63,557 bases of DNA from Octopus bimaculoides (Eukaryota), in NCBI RefSeq assembly GCF_001194135.2, contig NC_068986.1, positions 26,260,970 to 26,324,526 on the forward strand. Direction: 5' to 3'. This document shows, in pieces, positions 1 through 13,150 of this stretch. The position numbers were made by a program, and so were the translations under genes. Every line of letters begins with the position of its first letter. The stretch's first letter is position 1. Under the pieces are notes generated by a model that saw only the letters and a program-made list of their open reading frames with translations, made no database searches and had not been told where the DNA came from.

Positions 1-639
1 GGCACATTAAATAAAACACTTTATTTATAAACAAAACCAAAGTTGTCACATTACTGAATTATTCCACCCTTGATAGTAGGAACAAAATGAGACAATCTAA
101 AACAGGCTTGTTTTTTTTTTTTTTTATAAAGTAATCTTTTGGACAGGGATGAAATGTCTTCTTTTATTATAGAGTTTTTCAATGTTTAATGAATCCTCAA
201 ACAAGACATTGTTTTATTAATAACTATTTACCCCATCCCCACAAGAATATTATTTCTCTTTAATTTTTTCACTCACTTTCTTTTTGTCTGTCTGACACAC
301 ACACACAGGTTAATTCCAAAGATATTGATTTAGAAAAACAATTTTGGAACAGGTACTTTGATAACTGGCTATACTACCTGAGTAAAGGAAATTTCTTTCA
401 AAAACAGATGTCTTCTTCATTTGACTATTTACATGCTGAGAATTCTTTTAAAGATTATGCAGAAGGGTCTATTTCTAACCTGTCACTTCAGTATTTCTTT
501 AATCTTGGTTCACATGTTTATCAATTTGTAATAAAAAGAAAAATATCACTGTCATATTCTTATATTTCTTTGTTTCTCAATAATTCATGTTACTGTATGC
601 CATATTAATATGAAAATAACTAGATATAAGCAATAAATG

Positions 640-1290
640 TTTACCAAACCCCCATGTCTATGAAGATTAACCTTGAGGACATGCTTTGATGACATGACAA
701 CTTATTCTCTCTAGCACAAAGACATTCACTAGACAGTCTTATATCTCACCTATAATCATGAACAACCCATAACTAAAACCTTCAAAATAACTATAAATGC
801 TAGGTTTCTTTATCTCAGATGATCTCTCATGGAAATCTTACATACATAACATTAAAATCAATCAGAATCATAGAGACCAGAATTTCTCTTTAAAAACCAG
901 TGAATATATCAGTAGTGATCAGTTGCCAATCCTCTACAAAGCTGAAATAAGTCTTATGATGGAGAAGTGCTCACATATATGTCTCAGCATTACTGCTATA
1001 TATATATATATATACAAACATTCCAAACTATATCCAAAAAAAGCCATCCAAATTGATTGGAAATGAGTCACTTACCAACACATTGCAACCACTAGCTAAC
1101 AGACTCACATCTTCCATCAATCGCTTCTACAACCTTTACTCTGTTGAACTATCTTACTTCATACCCCCTTTACCCATGCATCTCCACCTCCTATCATCCT
1201 TACTGTGTTTCACCTCCAAGAACTGTGACAAGTTATTTCATTTGGTCCTTATTCTCAAAAATTCTTTAGAATTCTCCCTTTGTTCACAAT
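640..1290 (+). mobile_element. CR1/L2-like LINE 3' fragment
   Basis: LGFFISDDLSWKSYI, DQLPILYKAEI..MMEKCSHI, KKAIQ..IGNESLTNTLQPLANR. Confidence 0.75.
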
Positions 1291-4200
1291 TTTCCTGAAA
1301 ATGCTGAGCTATATATGTTCAGTGTGAACATCAAGCAGTGTGAATATCAAAAAGTTGATTATAACCTTTTCAACTACCATACAACACACAAAAAGTCTAT
1401 TGACTTTCACTGGAAACTTACTGAAATAATTATATGAATTGAAAATACACATTCTAATGATAATGTCTAGCAGGAAATTTTTACAATCTTTGAAATTATT
1501 AAGCTTATTATGACAATACTTCCATAACATAAAACAAAAACTAAATGTAAAAATTGTGTAAACTTCTGCTCAAAGTAAAGTCAAATACAGCACGTTATAC
1601 ATTTACTTATCCGGCTATTGTTAATGCTAATTAGAAACTATGCACTGCAAGATGCTAGTTTCATACTATGGACAAAACGTCAAACTTCTTTTTCACTTCA
1701 TGTGAACACCAGTGACTTAAGTTTTAAATAACCAAAGAAAATTGTTAGTAATATTTGTTAGAGGGTTAGTCATTAAAAAAATATCTCATTTTCTTTTCTT
1801 TTTTGCTTGCTTACCTTATTTTATTGCTGTTTTTCCCATCTTTTCCTTGCTCAATATCCTCATCTGACTGCACACTATGTGACAATTATTGGAAAAAAAT
1901 ACAATCAAATTAGTGCTTTGTTGGTGTTTATCAATCACAATTTATGTGTTTTTCCTTACATATTTCTGCAACAGCAGCACCATCAACACCATATCATATG
2001 TATGTATTTTTTTAATGAGTTTAAATAATTATCACTTATTATAGGTTCTATATTTCATAGATATATTTTCAATAAAAAACTATGTTGCAACACACTATAT
2101 GATCTGATCTTTAACTATTGTAGTTTTTAAAATATTTGCTACATTAAAAGAAATCTTAGAATGGTTATTCTTAAGTATAACAAGTTTTTTAATATTTTAA
2201 AATAATTTTATTTGCATAAAAAAAATGAATTTGCTTGTAAAAAGTTTAGTTCTAAGGTAAAAAAATATTGACAACTATCAAAATCTTGGATCTAAAAACC
2301 TAATATGTGTATTTCAGCATTTCCATGTATCTTATTCATACAAATTTCATTCTAAAAGAATTAATATCTTTAATTTTTCAATTACTTTTTATATTCAAAA
2401 TAGACATAGCAATAAAGAAGAACCTCTAATGAACAATAAAAAGGATAATAAAAAATAAATTTTTAAATAGAAAAGAAATATAAACACAGCCACAAATAAA
2501 GATAAGTCCAACCAATATAGAATAAGCATTACAAAGCAGTATACTGAATAAAATATATATATTCATCTCAAACTCCCATTTTAAAGAAACTGCATAAAAG
2601 CATATACAAAACAACCATTGCAATATGAAAAATATATAGTTCTGGTATAATTTCAAAGATAAAATATTTTTCAGGAAAATGATATCATAAATGCATTGTT
2701 TGACTTACTTTCTACAAATTGTTACAATGGAAAGTTTATTGAAATAAAATATAAATTTTATTGTCAATAAATATTAAATATATATTAGTAATATATAAAT
2801 TTTCACTTATAAACTCCAATTTGAATATTTTTTTCTTCTTTATTTGATTAATTCACCTAATAATCAACATGTACAAGATCCCCTGACTTGCTAAAATAGA
2901 AGTCGAACATTATTCAAGTAACCTTTTAGTGGACCTGAAAATAATGCAACCCCCCAAAAACTATGCCTGCAAAGAAGACAAGACAGTCATAGCTGGAAAG
3001 TTTTTGATCATAGATCTGCTTAATCAGAGATGATCTCTGTCTTAGCAACAAAAATGGCCTAGTTTGGAAACTTCTTGATGTTAATTATCACAAGTTCATT
3101 AGAATTTTATATTATTTATCCTCATGGTATATCTATACCAACATCATTATGCTACATGCCTAGTAGTAGTTCCTTGAAAATTAGCTGCTGGTTCATCATA
3201 AATTTCACTTAATGTACCCAGCAGATTACTGCTCTCTAATTAGTACATCTTTGGATTTCACCACATGCTTTATATAATCCAACATACTTCTTATCTGCTA
3301 TGTACAAATAGAAATTCTATTTATTACAAGAACAGCAGAAATACCCTAAACCTTAAGTAACCATTCTGAAATTCTTTTATAGTTATCACTTAAATGCCAA
3401 GCACAAGATTTAGGAAGTTGCCTAAAAAGCATAATTTGTTATTTGGAAGCATTGTTGAAGTTGCACTGATGATCAATTTACAAAACATTAAGAGTTTAAT
3501 TATTTTCAGGCTGCCACACCTTATGCAGATAAGTTATTACTTACATTCTCTTGAATTCCTTCTCTACATACTAAGTATAAAGGCACACCTGATGCTATTT
3601 CTTCATGAAAGATTTTACTATAATATATGTTGTTCCTTTGAGATGAACTTCATTTGATCAGTATTTTATCCATGGGCATAATATCTCTCATGAGAATGTG
3701 CCTCTAAAATTTAAACTCACTATCAAAAGGTTCCTAGTTCAGAGACTTTAGGGAAATATTTCAAGAGAGATTTTGGCTGATGCCAAAGAGTGAACACTGC
3801 ATAGAAACTATCTTCTTGCTACTTAAAAGAGAAAGACACACACACACACACACACACATACACAAAGTACTTGCTGGCACATCTGGCCAAGAAAATTTAC
3901 CATTAGCTTTCAAGAAATGCAGAAGATTTATCTTAACTATACTAAAAGGTCTGCTTGGATTCCAAAGTACTCCTTGACCAATCTGAAGCCACACACCCTC
4001 CAAAATAATGAACTCCACATTATGAAAGGTTGCATACACTCATAAACTACTACACATCAAAAGTAAAATCTGCTTCAATCCATAAAGTTTCTCAAACATC
4101 ATGTCCAGCAAACATTTAAACATCTTGACAATAGATTAAACTGATACAACAAAATTTATAAACATTATCATTCAAATTCAAACAAACTATATATTACACA

Positions 4201-4352
4201 AACAGTTGCAATATCAATAGATAAGATAGATTAAAATTCTGTACTAAAGGACGAAGTAACCTACTCTTTACATCTCTGATATCAGTATCATAAGAATTTC
4301 CAAAGATAAGATTGAAAGACAAAACAGATATATCATGTCTCACTACCACTCT

Positions 4353-4362
4353 NNNNNNNNNN
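4353..4362. other. Assembly gap (10 N)
   Basis: N run. Others at 46678-46687 (eEF2 intron 13) and 54297-54306. Confidence 1.
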
Positions 4363-5339
4363 TCTGGATAGCAAAATAGACTGCATGTTCCTCAAATAGA
4401 CCAAAAACCAACACATCCGAAGCAAAGATTCCTTTAGAAATAAACTGCCAGGCTATTAAGTCACCATCAAAGTTTCACTTTCATGAAGTGTGCCAATGGT
4501 AAGTTAGCCTGGTTGATCCCAAACCAGCACTGCAGATTTGTTTTTTTTTTTTGCAACAGCACCACTTATGGCCAATGCATAGAAAAGCCTATAACCTTCT
4601 ATTAAATGATAGACTGATTGTAAAATAATTGCTTTGAAAATCATTTAAATATCCAAATTTTACTGAGGCATCTAATTACACTATCTTTTAGTTGTTTCAG
4701 TCATTAGACTGCTGCTGTGCAGAGGCACCACCCTTATGAATTTTAGTTGAATGAATCAACCCCAGTACTTATTATTTATTAAGCCTGGTACTTATTCTAT
4801 TGGTATCTTTCGCTGAACTGCTAAGTTATGGGGACATAACACACCAACAACAGTTGTCAAGTGGAGGGGGGAGAGAGAGACACACACATACACACACGAC
4901 AGGCATCTTTCAGTTTCTGTCTACGAAATCCACTCACAAGGTTTTGGTTGGCCTGGGGCTATAGTAGAAGACATTTGCCCAAGGTGTCATGCAGTGGGAC
5001 TAAACCTGGAAACGTGGTTGGGAAGCAAATGCCTTATATTTACACCTGCACCTACACTAGCAAACAAAAGCTTATGTAATACATATATAATGGATTTACT
5101 TAATGACCTAAAGAAACAGTCGTGTAAAAATAATACTCATTCAGTGTTTTACTGATTATACCAAATTTGTATAATGTCTAAGTGCTACAGCTATTTAACC
5201 TTTTCTATGCTATATATGATTTTAGATGAATTTCCTAAGAATCAAGTAAAAATATCTACATTCATACGCAACTTTATATTGAGCTATCTTAAAATGATAT
5301 ATTTTACTTTTACAATGTAGCTGAGAGGAAATACAAGTT

Positions 5340-6480
5340 ATGGACAATGAGGCACTTAAAGAAAAAAAAACAGAAAGTTTGAGACAAGTGAAGACAATAG
5401 CTTGAGATATTAATATATATCGAAAGAAAGTTGACTGATATAATAGACTCTCAAAGCAAGAAGAATAGAAATCATAGAGTAACAGATGTTTTGTATGACA
5501 TCTGAATATATCAGATTAGCTAGACAGAGATTAATAGGAATAAATTCTGATATCTTAGCATGTAGAAGGGAAAAAGACATATCACAACCTGGCAGTTCTA
5601 AAATGACGTGCCTAGTAAATTGCTTGATATAAAGATCAGAAATAATACAAGTAACACTTTGAAGACATATACTATCAATAAAATTTTGAATGATATCTAC
5701 TAATCAATATCTGACAAGTTTTACACATAAATCTTTGACATGTTTGTGGCTGTGCATATCTAGCATAAGACAAATTGCAGTGTTATGGACATGTGTTTCA
5801 TTGATGTTTGACCTACTGACAGCAAGAAATTACAATTTGAACATACTCAAAACATGGAAAACAGTTTTAGGATAACACAGGAATGTCTTAAGCATTTCTA
5901 AGAAAGCATTTTCATTAAATCTTACTGACATAGCTGTGACAATTTACTAGTAAGTCTAAAGAAATACCTAGATACTTTTCAAGACTTCTTCAGATTTATA
6001 CAAACAACAAATGATTATACATAGTCTTTTGCAAAAAAGTTACAGATGTTATTGTTTCTCTTTTTGTTAAGGCAGGCTTAAGGAGATGAATATAACCAAT
6101 GAGATATCTCAAGTAGATAGGTTTACTAATACTGAATTTAGGAGCTTTATAAAAAATTTACCAGTTCAAAACTTGCTATTAAAAATTGTTGGGCCCTATC
6201 AACAATTCCATTACTATAATTTGGTCACAAACTAAGTTACAAAGAGGTACAAGTTATTGATATTAATTAATGAGGCAAAATTAACAGAGAAAAGTGGACT
6301 TTTTAAAAACATTGATAAACAAAGAAAAATGCCAAAAATAGTAAAATGAAAGACAATAATAACACTTTTGGGAACATTAAATATCCTGTGGAAAGTACTG
6401 TCTATATGAGGTTATACAGCTTCATACAGAGACAATTAAGTGATCCATTGTTAATAAGATCATCACTATGCAAATGAAAG
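5340..6480 (+). mobile_element. Heavily decayed RTE-like endonuclease/linker remnant
   Basis: Purine-rich plus strand with weak resemblance to the RTE APE domain; no intact frame. Confidence 0.3.
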
Positions 6481-7299
6481 AATGTAATAATAAGTTTTTG
6501 TTTCTTTGTCAAAGCTCTTTTGTCACACATCCTGTGACCTCTTCAATGACTTAATCTAATATGTCTCCGCAAGAGTTTTGCAGAACAAATACATAAATGT
6601 AATAAGTTTTTGGCTCATGGAAAAGGCCACCAATTTTGAGGAGGAAGGGAGAAGTCAATGTCATCCACCTAAGTACTTGACTGGTGTTTTATTTTATTGA
6701 TCCTGAAAGGATTAAAGGCAAAGTTGGACAAGGCTTTTGAACAATAATAATGTAGAGTTCAAATAGAGAGCCACCAACGAATATGTGTTTTAAAGTGAAT
6801 TCAGTGATAAATGATAACTTAAATACATTAGGTTAAACATCCCTAGAATGGAAAAAAGGATGAAAGATGCCTAGAAGACATGAGCCATGCGTCTTTAGTA
6901 ACCCAGACAGACATGCTGCCAAATACACTAAAGCAACCACACTCTTACTGCCATTAAATTAAATGCGTTAATTTTATCAGAAAGAAAAACAGGAAACTTT
7001 CCACATCCCCCCCCTACATCCAAGTAACTTTTATTCCAAAGTGTTATAAGCAGTTATTTATAATTTGCTTCAACACATATCAATAATGAAGACTTATTTA
7101 ATCATAATTCTTTCTAATTTTGGCACAAGGCTAGTAACTGTGAGAGGAGAGGGGGGGGGTTGATTACATTGACCCCAGTACTTGATCCTGAAAGGATGAA
7201 AAACAAAGCTAACCTTAGTGGAATTTGAATTCAAAATGTAAAAAGCCAGAAGAAATGCTGCTAGTCCAACACACTAATGATTCTGCCAACCTCTTATCT

Positions 7300-7850
7300 A
7301 GTTAATGTCAATAATAATTTCTGGATGTTTTATGTTAACCTCACATGAATATGATAATTGCCATGAAAAACTTGGCCAGTATTTGCACTGGATCATATGC
7401 TGTAAGTCTGGACTCCCAAATGAGAAGAGCTGGTGGGAACACAAGCCTGCCAAAGTAGTCAAAAATAACGATATCCTTAGGATTTTAGTAGTCAAACTGA
7501 TCATACTGTACAAGCCAATATATCAGATATTGTGGTAAAAAATTACACTGACAACACATATCTGCTCATAGATATGTCAATCCCAGCAGATTGCAACACT
7601 TCCGCAAAAACATTTGAAAAGTAAATATAAGGACATTGAAATAGAAGTTTCAAAAATGTGGTTTCTAAGAACAACAACTGTACTTGTTATCATAAGAGGG
7701 AACAATACCAAATAGTGTTCTTAAATACTATGGCTAAATACCACGAAACCCAAAGTACCAGAACTACAAAAGAAATTGTTCTCACAGGTACTGCCCATAT
7801 CCTAACAAAAACAGTCAACTTGAAAATACCCAATTCTCTTAAAACTCTTT
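7300..7850 (+). mobile_element. 3' end of an R4/Dong-like non-LTR retrotransposon (restriction-like endonuclease)
   Basis: Frameshifted translation IISGC...HEKLGQYLHWIIC (zinc knuckle), DF..QTDHTVQANISDIVV..LLIDMSIP (PD-D/E core), KYKDIEIEVSKMW, EIVLTGTAHILTK. Confidence 0.85.
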
Positions 7851-7904
7851 CAAAACTGAGACATTACAAATTTAACAGAATCTCAGCTCTCAGATTCTGA
7901 CCTC

Positions 7905-8391
7905 CTCCATCATCATCACCATTTAATATCCATTCTACATGTTGGCATGGGTTGGATGATTTGACAGGAGCTGGCCAGCCAGAGAGCTACCCAAGCTCTG
8001 TGTGTCTGTTTGGCATAGTTTCTATGGCTGGGTGCCCTTCCTAATGCCAACCACTTTACAGATTGTACTAGGTGCTTATTACATGGCACCAGCATGGTTG
8101 CTTTTATGTGGCGCCAGCAAAATATATACGACGGGCTTCTTTCAGTCTCCACCCACCAAATCCACTCACAAGGTTTTGGTCGGCTCGAGGCTACAGTAGA
8201 AGACATTTGCCCAAGGTGTCATGCAGTGGGACTAAACCTGGAACCATGTGGTTGGGAAGCAAACGTCTTGCCACATATTTACACCTCCACTTACACTAGC
8301 AAACAAAAGTTTATGTAATATGTATATAATGGAACCCGGAACCATGTGGTTGGTAAACAACCTACTTACCACACAGCCACTCCTACGCCTG
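7905..8391 (-). mobile_element. tRNA-derived SINE with duplicated head
   Basis: Minus strand GGCGTAGGAGTGGCTGTGTGGT (A box), two ACCACATGGTTCC(A/G)GGTT (B-box region) copies, core and (GAT)n tail. Partial copies also at about 4700-5030, 14140-14290, 25030-25370, 30530-31020, 44260-44370, 50220-50340, 53510-53650, 55140-55300, 57380-57610 and 58580-58710. Confidence 0.8.
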
Positions 8392-8583
8392 TTCAACATT
8401 TCTAAATAGGACCTTCCAGATTCCACTGCATTACAACATCAAGGTGTCAAATGTATGGTAAGCATAATGAATAATTATACTCAGCTCTCCGTCACAATGC
8501 TTTGTTATCTTTGTGATCTGATTCTTTGGAAAATTACTTCATTGCTAATATAATCAATAAGCGACACTGGAAAACTTTGCCAA

Positions 8584-9813
8584 TACAAGGATGGGCTGAA
8601 AAGTTCATAGGTTGACACTGAAGGAGTAAGCTGTGAAATCTTGCATACATTAATTTCAGCTATTCTTATAATAACCGCATTGTTTCTTTCCAGGTAACTA
8701 GTAGCAACTTCTCTTGAAAATGGACAAAATTTAGTATTGTGATGTTAACAAGTACCTGCAGAAAAAGGCTTTAGTTCCCCAAGAACATTCATGCTGACAT
8801 GATTGATACATTAGGGGATTACACTCCAGTTTTATCAACAGTGCAAAATTAGGCAGCTGAATTTAAGAGAGAAAGGGAGAGTCTTGAAGATGACCCAAAG
8901 TCTGGACATCCTGCAATGGCTACCATCAAGGAAAACATTGATCGTGTTCAGCACATGATGATGGATGTCAAGCAACTGAATATAAATCAAATAGCCAATG
9001 CTATTAGCATATGTGAAAGTTGAGAATATTCTGCACAATGTACTTGGCATGATGAAGGTTTCTGCTTGGTGAGAGCCACGTCTTCTGACACCTGATCAAA
9101 AGCACACTAGGCTAGTCACATTATGGGAAAATATGACATTACTTGAGGCAGAATGTTTCATAACCCAGGATGAGTGTTGGGTTCATCACTTTCAGCCAGA
9201 AACAAAGAGACAATCCATGCAGTGATAACACCTCTCTTCACCTACTCCAAAGAAGACCAAGGTCATTTCATCTACATGGAAGGTGATGGCCTGTTTTTGG
9301 GGATGCAAAACACATTGCATTTATTGATTATCTTCAAAAGAGCCACACCATCAATGGAAAGTACTATGCCAACTTGCTGAGGCAGTCATGGAAGGCTTTC
9401 ATAACCAAACACCCAGGAAAACTGACAAAAGCGGTCTTGTTTTATAAAGACAATATTCCAGCACACAAGTCCTTGGTTTCAATGGCTGTGGTGCATGACT
9501 ATGGCTTTGAACTGGTTTATCATCCTCCTTATTTTCCTGATTTGGTCTCATCTGACTATAATCTGACCCCCAATATGGAAAAAACACTTGGATGGGTACC
9601 AGTGTCACAGTGATGATGTCATATCTGCTGTTGATGACTTTTTGGGGGGCCAAAAGGATGGAAGCTTCTTCACCAAAGGGATCCAAGCACTACAACACAA
9701 ATGGAAGAAATGTGTAGACTGTAAGGGGGACTATGCTGAAAAATAAACCTCATTTGGTCACATTCAATGAGAGCATCTTGGTCAGCCTATGAACTTTTCA
9801 GCCAACCTTCGTA
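8584..9813 (+). mobile_element. Full-length, decayed mariner (DD34D) transposon
   Basis: About 33-bp TIRs (TACAAGGATGGGCTGAAAAGTTCATAGGTTGAC versus reverse complement TACGAAGGTTGGCTGAAAAGTTCATAGGCTGAC) with terminal TA. Broken transposase 8720-9746 contains TQDECWVHHF, KDNIPAH, HPPYFPDLVSSD (34 residues between the 2nd and 3rd D) and DYAEK*. Confidence 0.95.
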
Positions 9814-12699
9814 AGAGAGAAAGAGAATTCTACAAAAACATTGTCAATAATTTTCTATCACAACTCTTCTAAAAGATTTTTAAAATTCCACTTAAGTCAT
9901 ATTTTACAAACCTAGACCTCTCAAGTCATGTTCTAATACAGAGATGGCTACCCTGCAAAAGAGTATATGTCATCTGAAATTACAGTGGAGAATATCTATG
10001 AAGAACTGATGCAAAATGTATAGCAGCTATACATTGTCTATGAACTATAGCTATCTGTATTATAGATGCAGGCATGTTATTTAATCTTGAGTTCTACCTC
10101 ACTTTGCAGTGTCTTCTGGTGTAGACCAATACTTTGAGAGATAAATTGGTAAATGGAAACTGTATGGAAGTTCACTATGTGTGTGCGTGTGTGCATACAT
10201 GTGTGTGTGTACTCATATGAGTGTGCCTGTGAATGTTTACATTCCTCGCTTTGCATGAAAAGTGTTGAACTAGAAACATGATATTAGTTCAAATTCCCTG
10301 TCAGTAAAACATTACAATATTGTTTTAAAAGTATGTATAGCAAATGCTTGTTTTGTTCTGAAACATTCACAATATTTAAAGATTGCATAAAAAAAAAAGC
10401 AAGACAACATCTAAAAGTGAGTAGAAAGGGAAAACAATTAAGTTTATTCTAAATTAATAAAACTCTATAAATAAATAGTCTTGTTTTCTAAATCAAATGA
10501 ATTTCAAGATCAAAGTCATAAATTGTATAAAATCATATAGAAGAGTAATTTCTAACAGACATAGTTCTGCAAATATTAAAAGAGAAGTGTAGTCAATTGA
10601 ATCAACCTTAGTACCTTATTGATACTTATCAACCCCAGAAAAATAAGAGGCCAAATTGAACTAGCACAAAACATTCTGTCTGGCATTCAATTAATTCATT
10701 TATTTGTTCCACCACACCAATTAGAAAATAATAAATTCATATTATATAGCATTTAAATTGTAATTTTATCAACTAAAAATACTCTACCAATATTTCATTG
10801 TATATCCACAGGAAATTCAATAAAATAAATAGGAAAAATATGCAGACACACATCCTAAACATTTTTAATTATAATATGATATATAAACATCACTCATGAA
10901 TAAAGAGCATTGCAGATTTTCCAACTCTTGTCCCACCTCCCATTACAATGCATTTTTGACATTTGCCAAGAAAACTTCAATCAACATTTCCATATCATCT
11001 TATACATCATTACTCAAAATAGTAGCTCTTTTGGCATAAGGTGCAATATCTATTATATACTTTGTCTAAAAATACGTTCCTTAAATTTCCCTTCTAACAC
11101 CAATCTCAACATTTATAAGTGGTAAATTTTCTGTAGCTCTCAACTCAGTTCATCATATCTAAATTCTAACACAGCCATCACCCTGAAATACTCTTTTTTG
11201 ATTTAGCCTAGTACTCATTCATTACTCTAAAATATAGAAAAAAAATCAAAATTATGTACCTACTAAAAAACAAGAGAGAAAAAAAAAACTGATAAATCAA
11301 TATTCATCAATATACAAAAAACATCCAAGGACAATCACAAGTAATGAGTTCCTACAACAATCTGAGAAGTTGTCTGTCTAGCACAACTTCAGACATTTCT
11401 CTTTCAAGGGAAAAAAAAAAAAAGTCATATATCTTTAGCCTTGTTAGCACATGACGCTTCAGGCAAAATTATCTATGAATAAGTTCATCTGATCAGTTGA
11501 GCCTTTGGGTAAGTAATTTTGCCAGTAACATCCTGAATTGAAAGCTTTCTCTCAAGTTGCTCCATTTGTAGCTTGTGCTGACGTCATTAGCAACAATTTT
11601 TCCTTACCCTTCTACAACAATTCATACTTATACTTCAGAGTCACTTCCCTATAGTCCTTGTGAGATTTCTTCATAAAACCTTAAAATTTTTCTAGAATGT
11701 CCTCTTTCCTGTTTTTCTCGTTTCTGCTACCAACAGCTCAAACTAAATATTAATCATGAACAATTATTGCTAATTCTCAAGAAAACATAACTTGATAAGT
11801 TAGGCAACTGGTACTCATCTAATTAATCATGCAACAAAAACTTGACAAATAGCTCTCAAATCAACAGCATCAAAATACAGAACAGATACTACACTGCTTT
11901 CAAACCATTTCAGGATGATATTTGAAACACCATTGAATCTGTTCTACCCAACTTGGAAGCTATGCAAACACAATAATAAGTGGACTAGAAATGAAATTGC
12001 ATAAGTGTATTTGCTTTATTAATCCACAATGAAATATTAGGAGCGAAACAAGCATCAAATGTAATTTTAGCAAGAATAGTGCTGATAGAGCCATATGGGT
12101 GAAGGTATAGAGGTTAAGAGGATTCAGTAAATTTGTCATCATTCTGACACAAAGCTACAATATACAATTGCATATAAAAGGGCAATCAATCAGTGGGTTG
12201 TACATTATATAAAACCATCCTTTGTTCGCTTAATAAAATTCCTTTATCAGTTTTTAATAGAGGGAATTTCCATTTAGGCATCAACTATAGTAAATTTTGC
12301 AAGAACTACTTAAATATGGCTTTCTGCAGATCATTGAAGGTGTGCTAGATTATAAGCTGTACTTATGGACAAATCTAAAGTGTCATACTTTGAAAGTAGT
12401 TCTATTTTACTCATTTAGCTATATCAAAGAGGTCAAGGGTAAAATACATTTATTGCAATGGAAAGTCAGCTTATGACTTAAAAGATCAAAAGGTGCATTG
12501 ACAGTGGTTGTTAGATATTTTAATGTAAAGTAAATAAAATGATGAGGCAATAATCAGATGATGCAATGAATTTGGAGAAATAAGATCTTTGAAAAACAGG
12601 TAGCTCAGACAGAAGTGTGAATAAGTGAAACTGATGTAAGTTGTTCAGAATGGTAAATATTTTGGCCCCAATTAAACAGGGGAACATTTAAAGACAAAA

Positions 12700-13150
12700 C
12701 TCTTTATATGAAAGAAGGAAAGGACAGCCAGCTTATGTGGATAAATGCAGAAGAAAATGGATGTCAAAAAATGCTTTTTAAATTCCCAACTGGTATCTCT
12801 ATACAATGCCTTGCATTCCAGTATTGTTGGAATTAACCATTTGCAAAATTCGATATTTTGCAGCCAAGCCTCCTTTTTATCTGGGTCATTGAGTGGAACT
12901 TTGTTGTTATTAACTGATGACACCACTACCATATCATACAGTATTTATCCAAGTAAAGCATAATGATACACTATTCTTTACATTCAGAAACTTTGCTCAA
13001 GTGAATTATCAAACACCACATCAAACTGGTAGTCATAGTAACCCTTTTGATCCCACCCTGCCCAAGACTTCTATTGGTTCTATTGTACAAACTTCCTGTT
13101 TTAAAGTCACATAAACTGAAATCTTCCATTAAGATTTCATGTAATTTATG
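12700..13150 (-). mobile_element. Probable RTE LINE remnant
   Basis: PLNDPDKKEAWLQ resembles the RTE linker (D..KKEAW..HY) before the RT domain. Heavily decayed. Confidence 0.4.

Noticed and set aside
8340-8391. tRNA gene-like A/B boxes
   Set aside because: Head of a high-copy SINE; no complete cloverleaf, and it runs into the SINE core.
11440-11740. Minus-strand stretch with a coding-like look (QMEQLERKLSIQDVTGK)
   Set aside because: Stops and frameshifts on both sides, no usable splice sites and no recognisable family; probably a decayed repeat.
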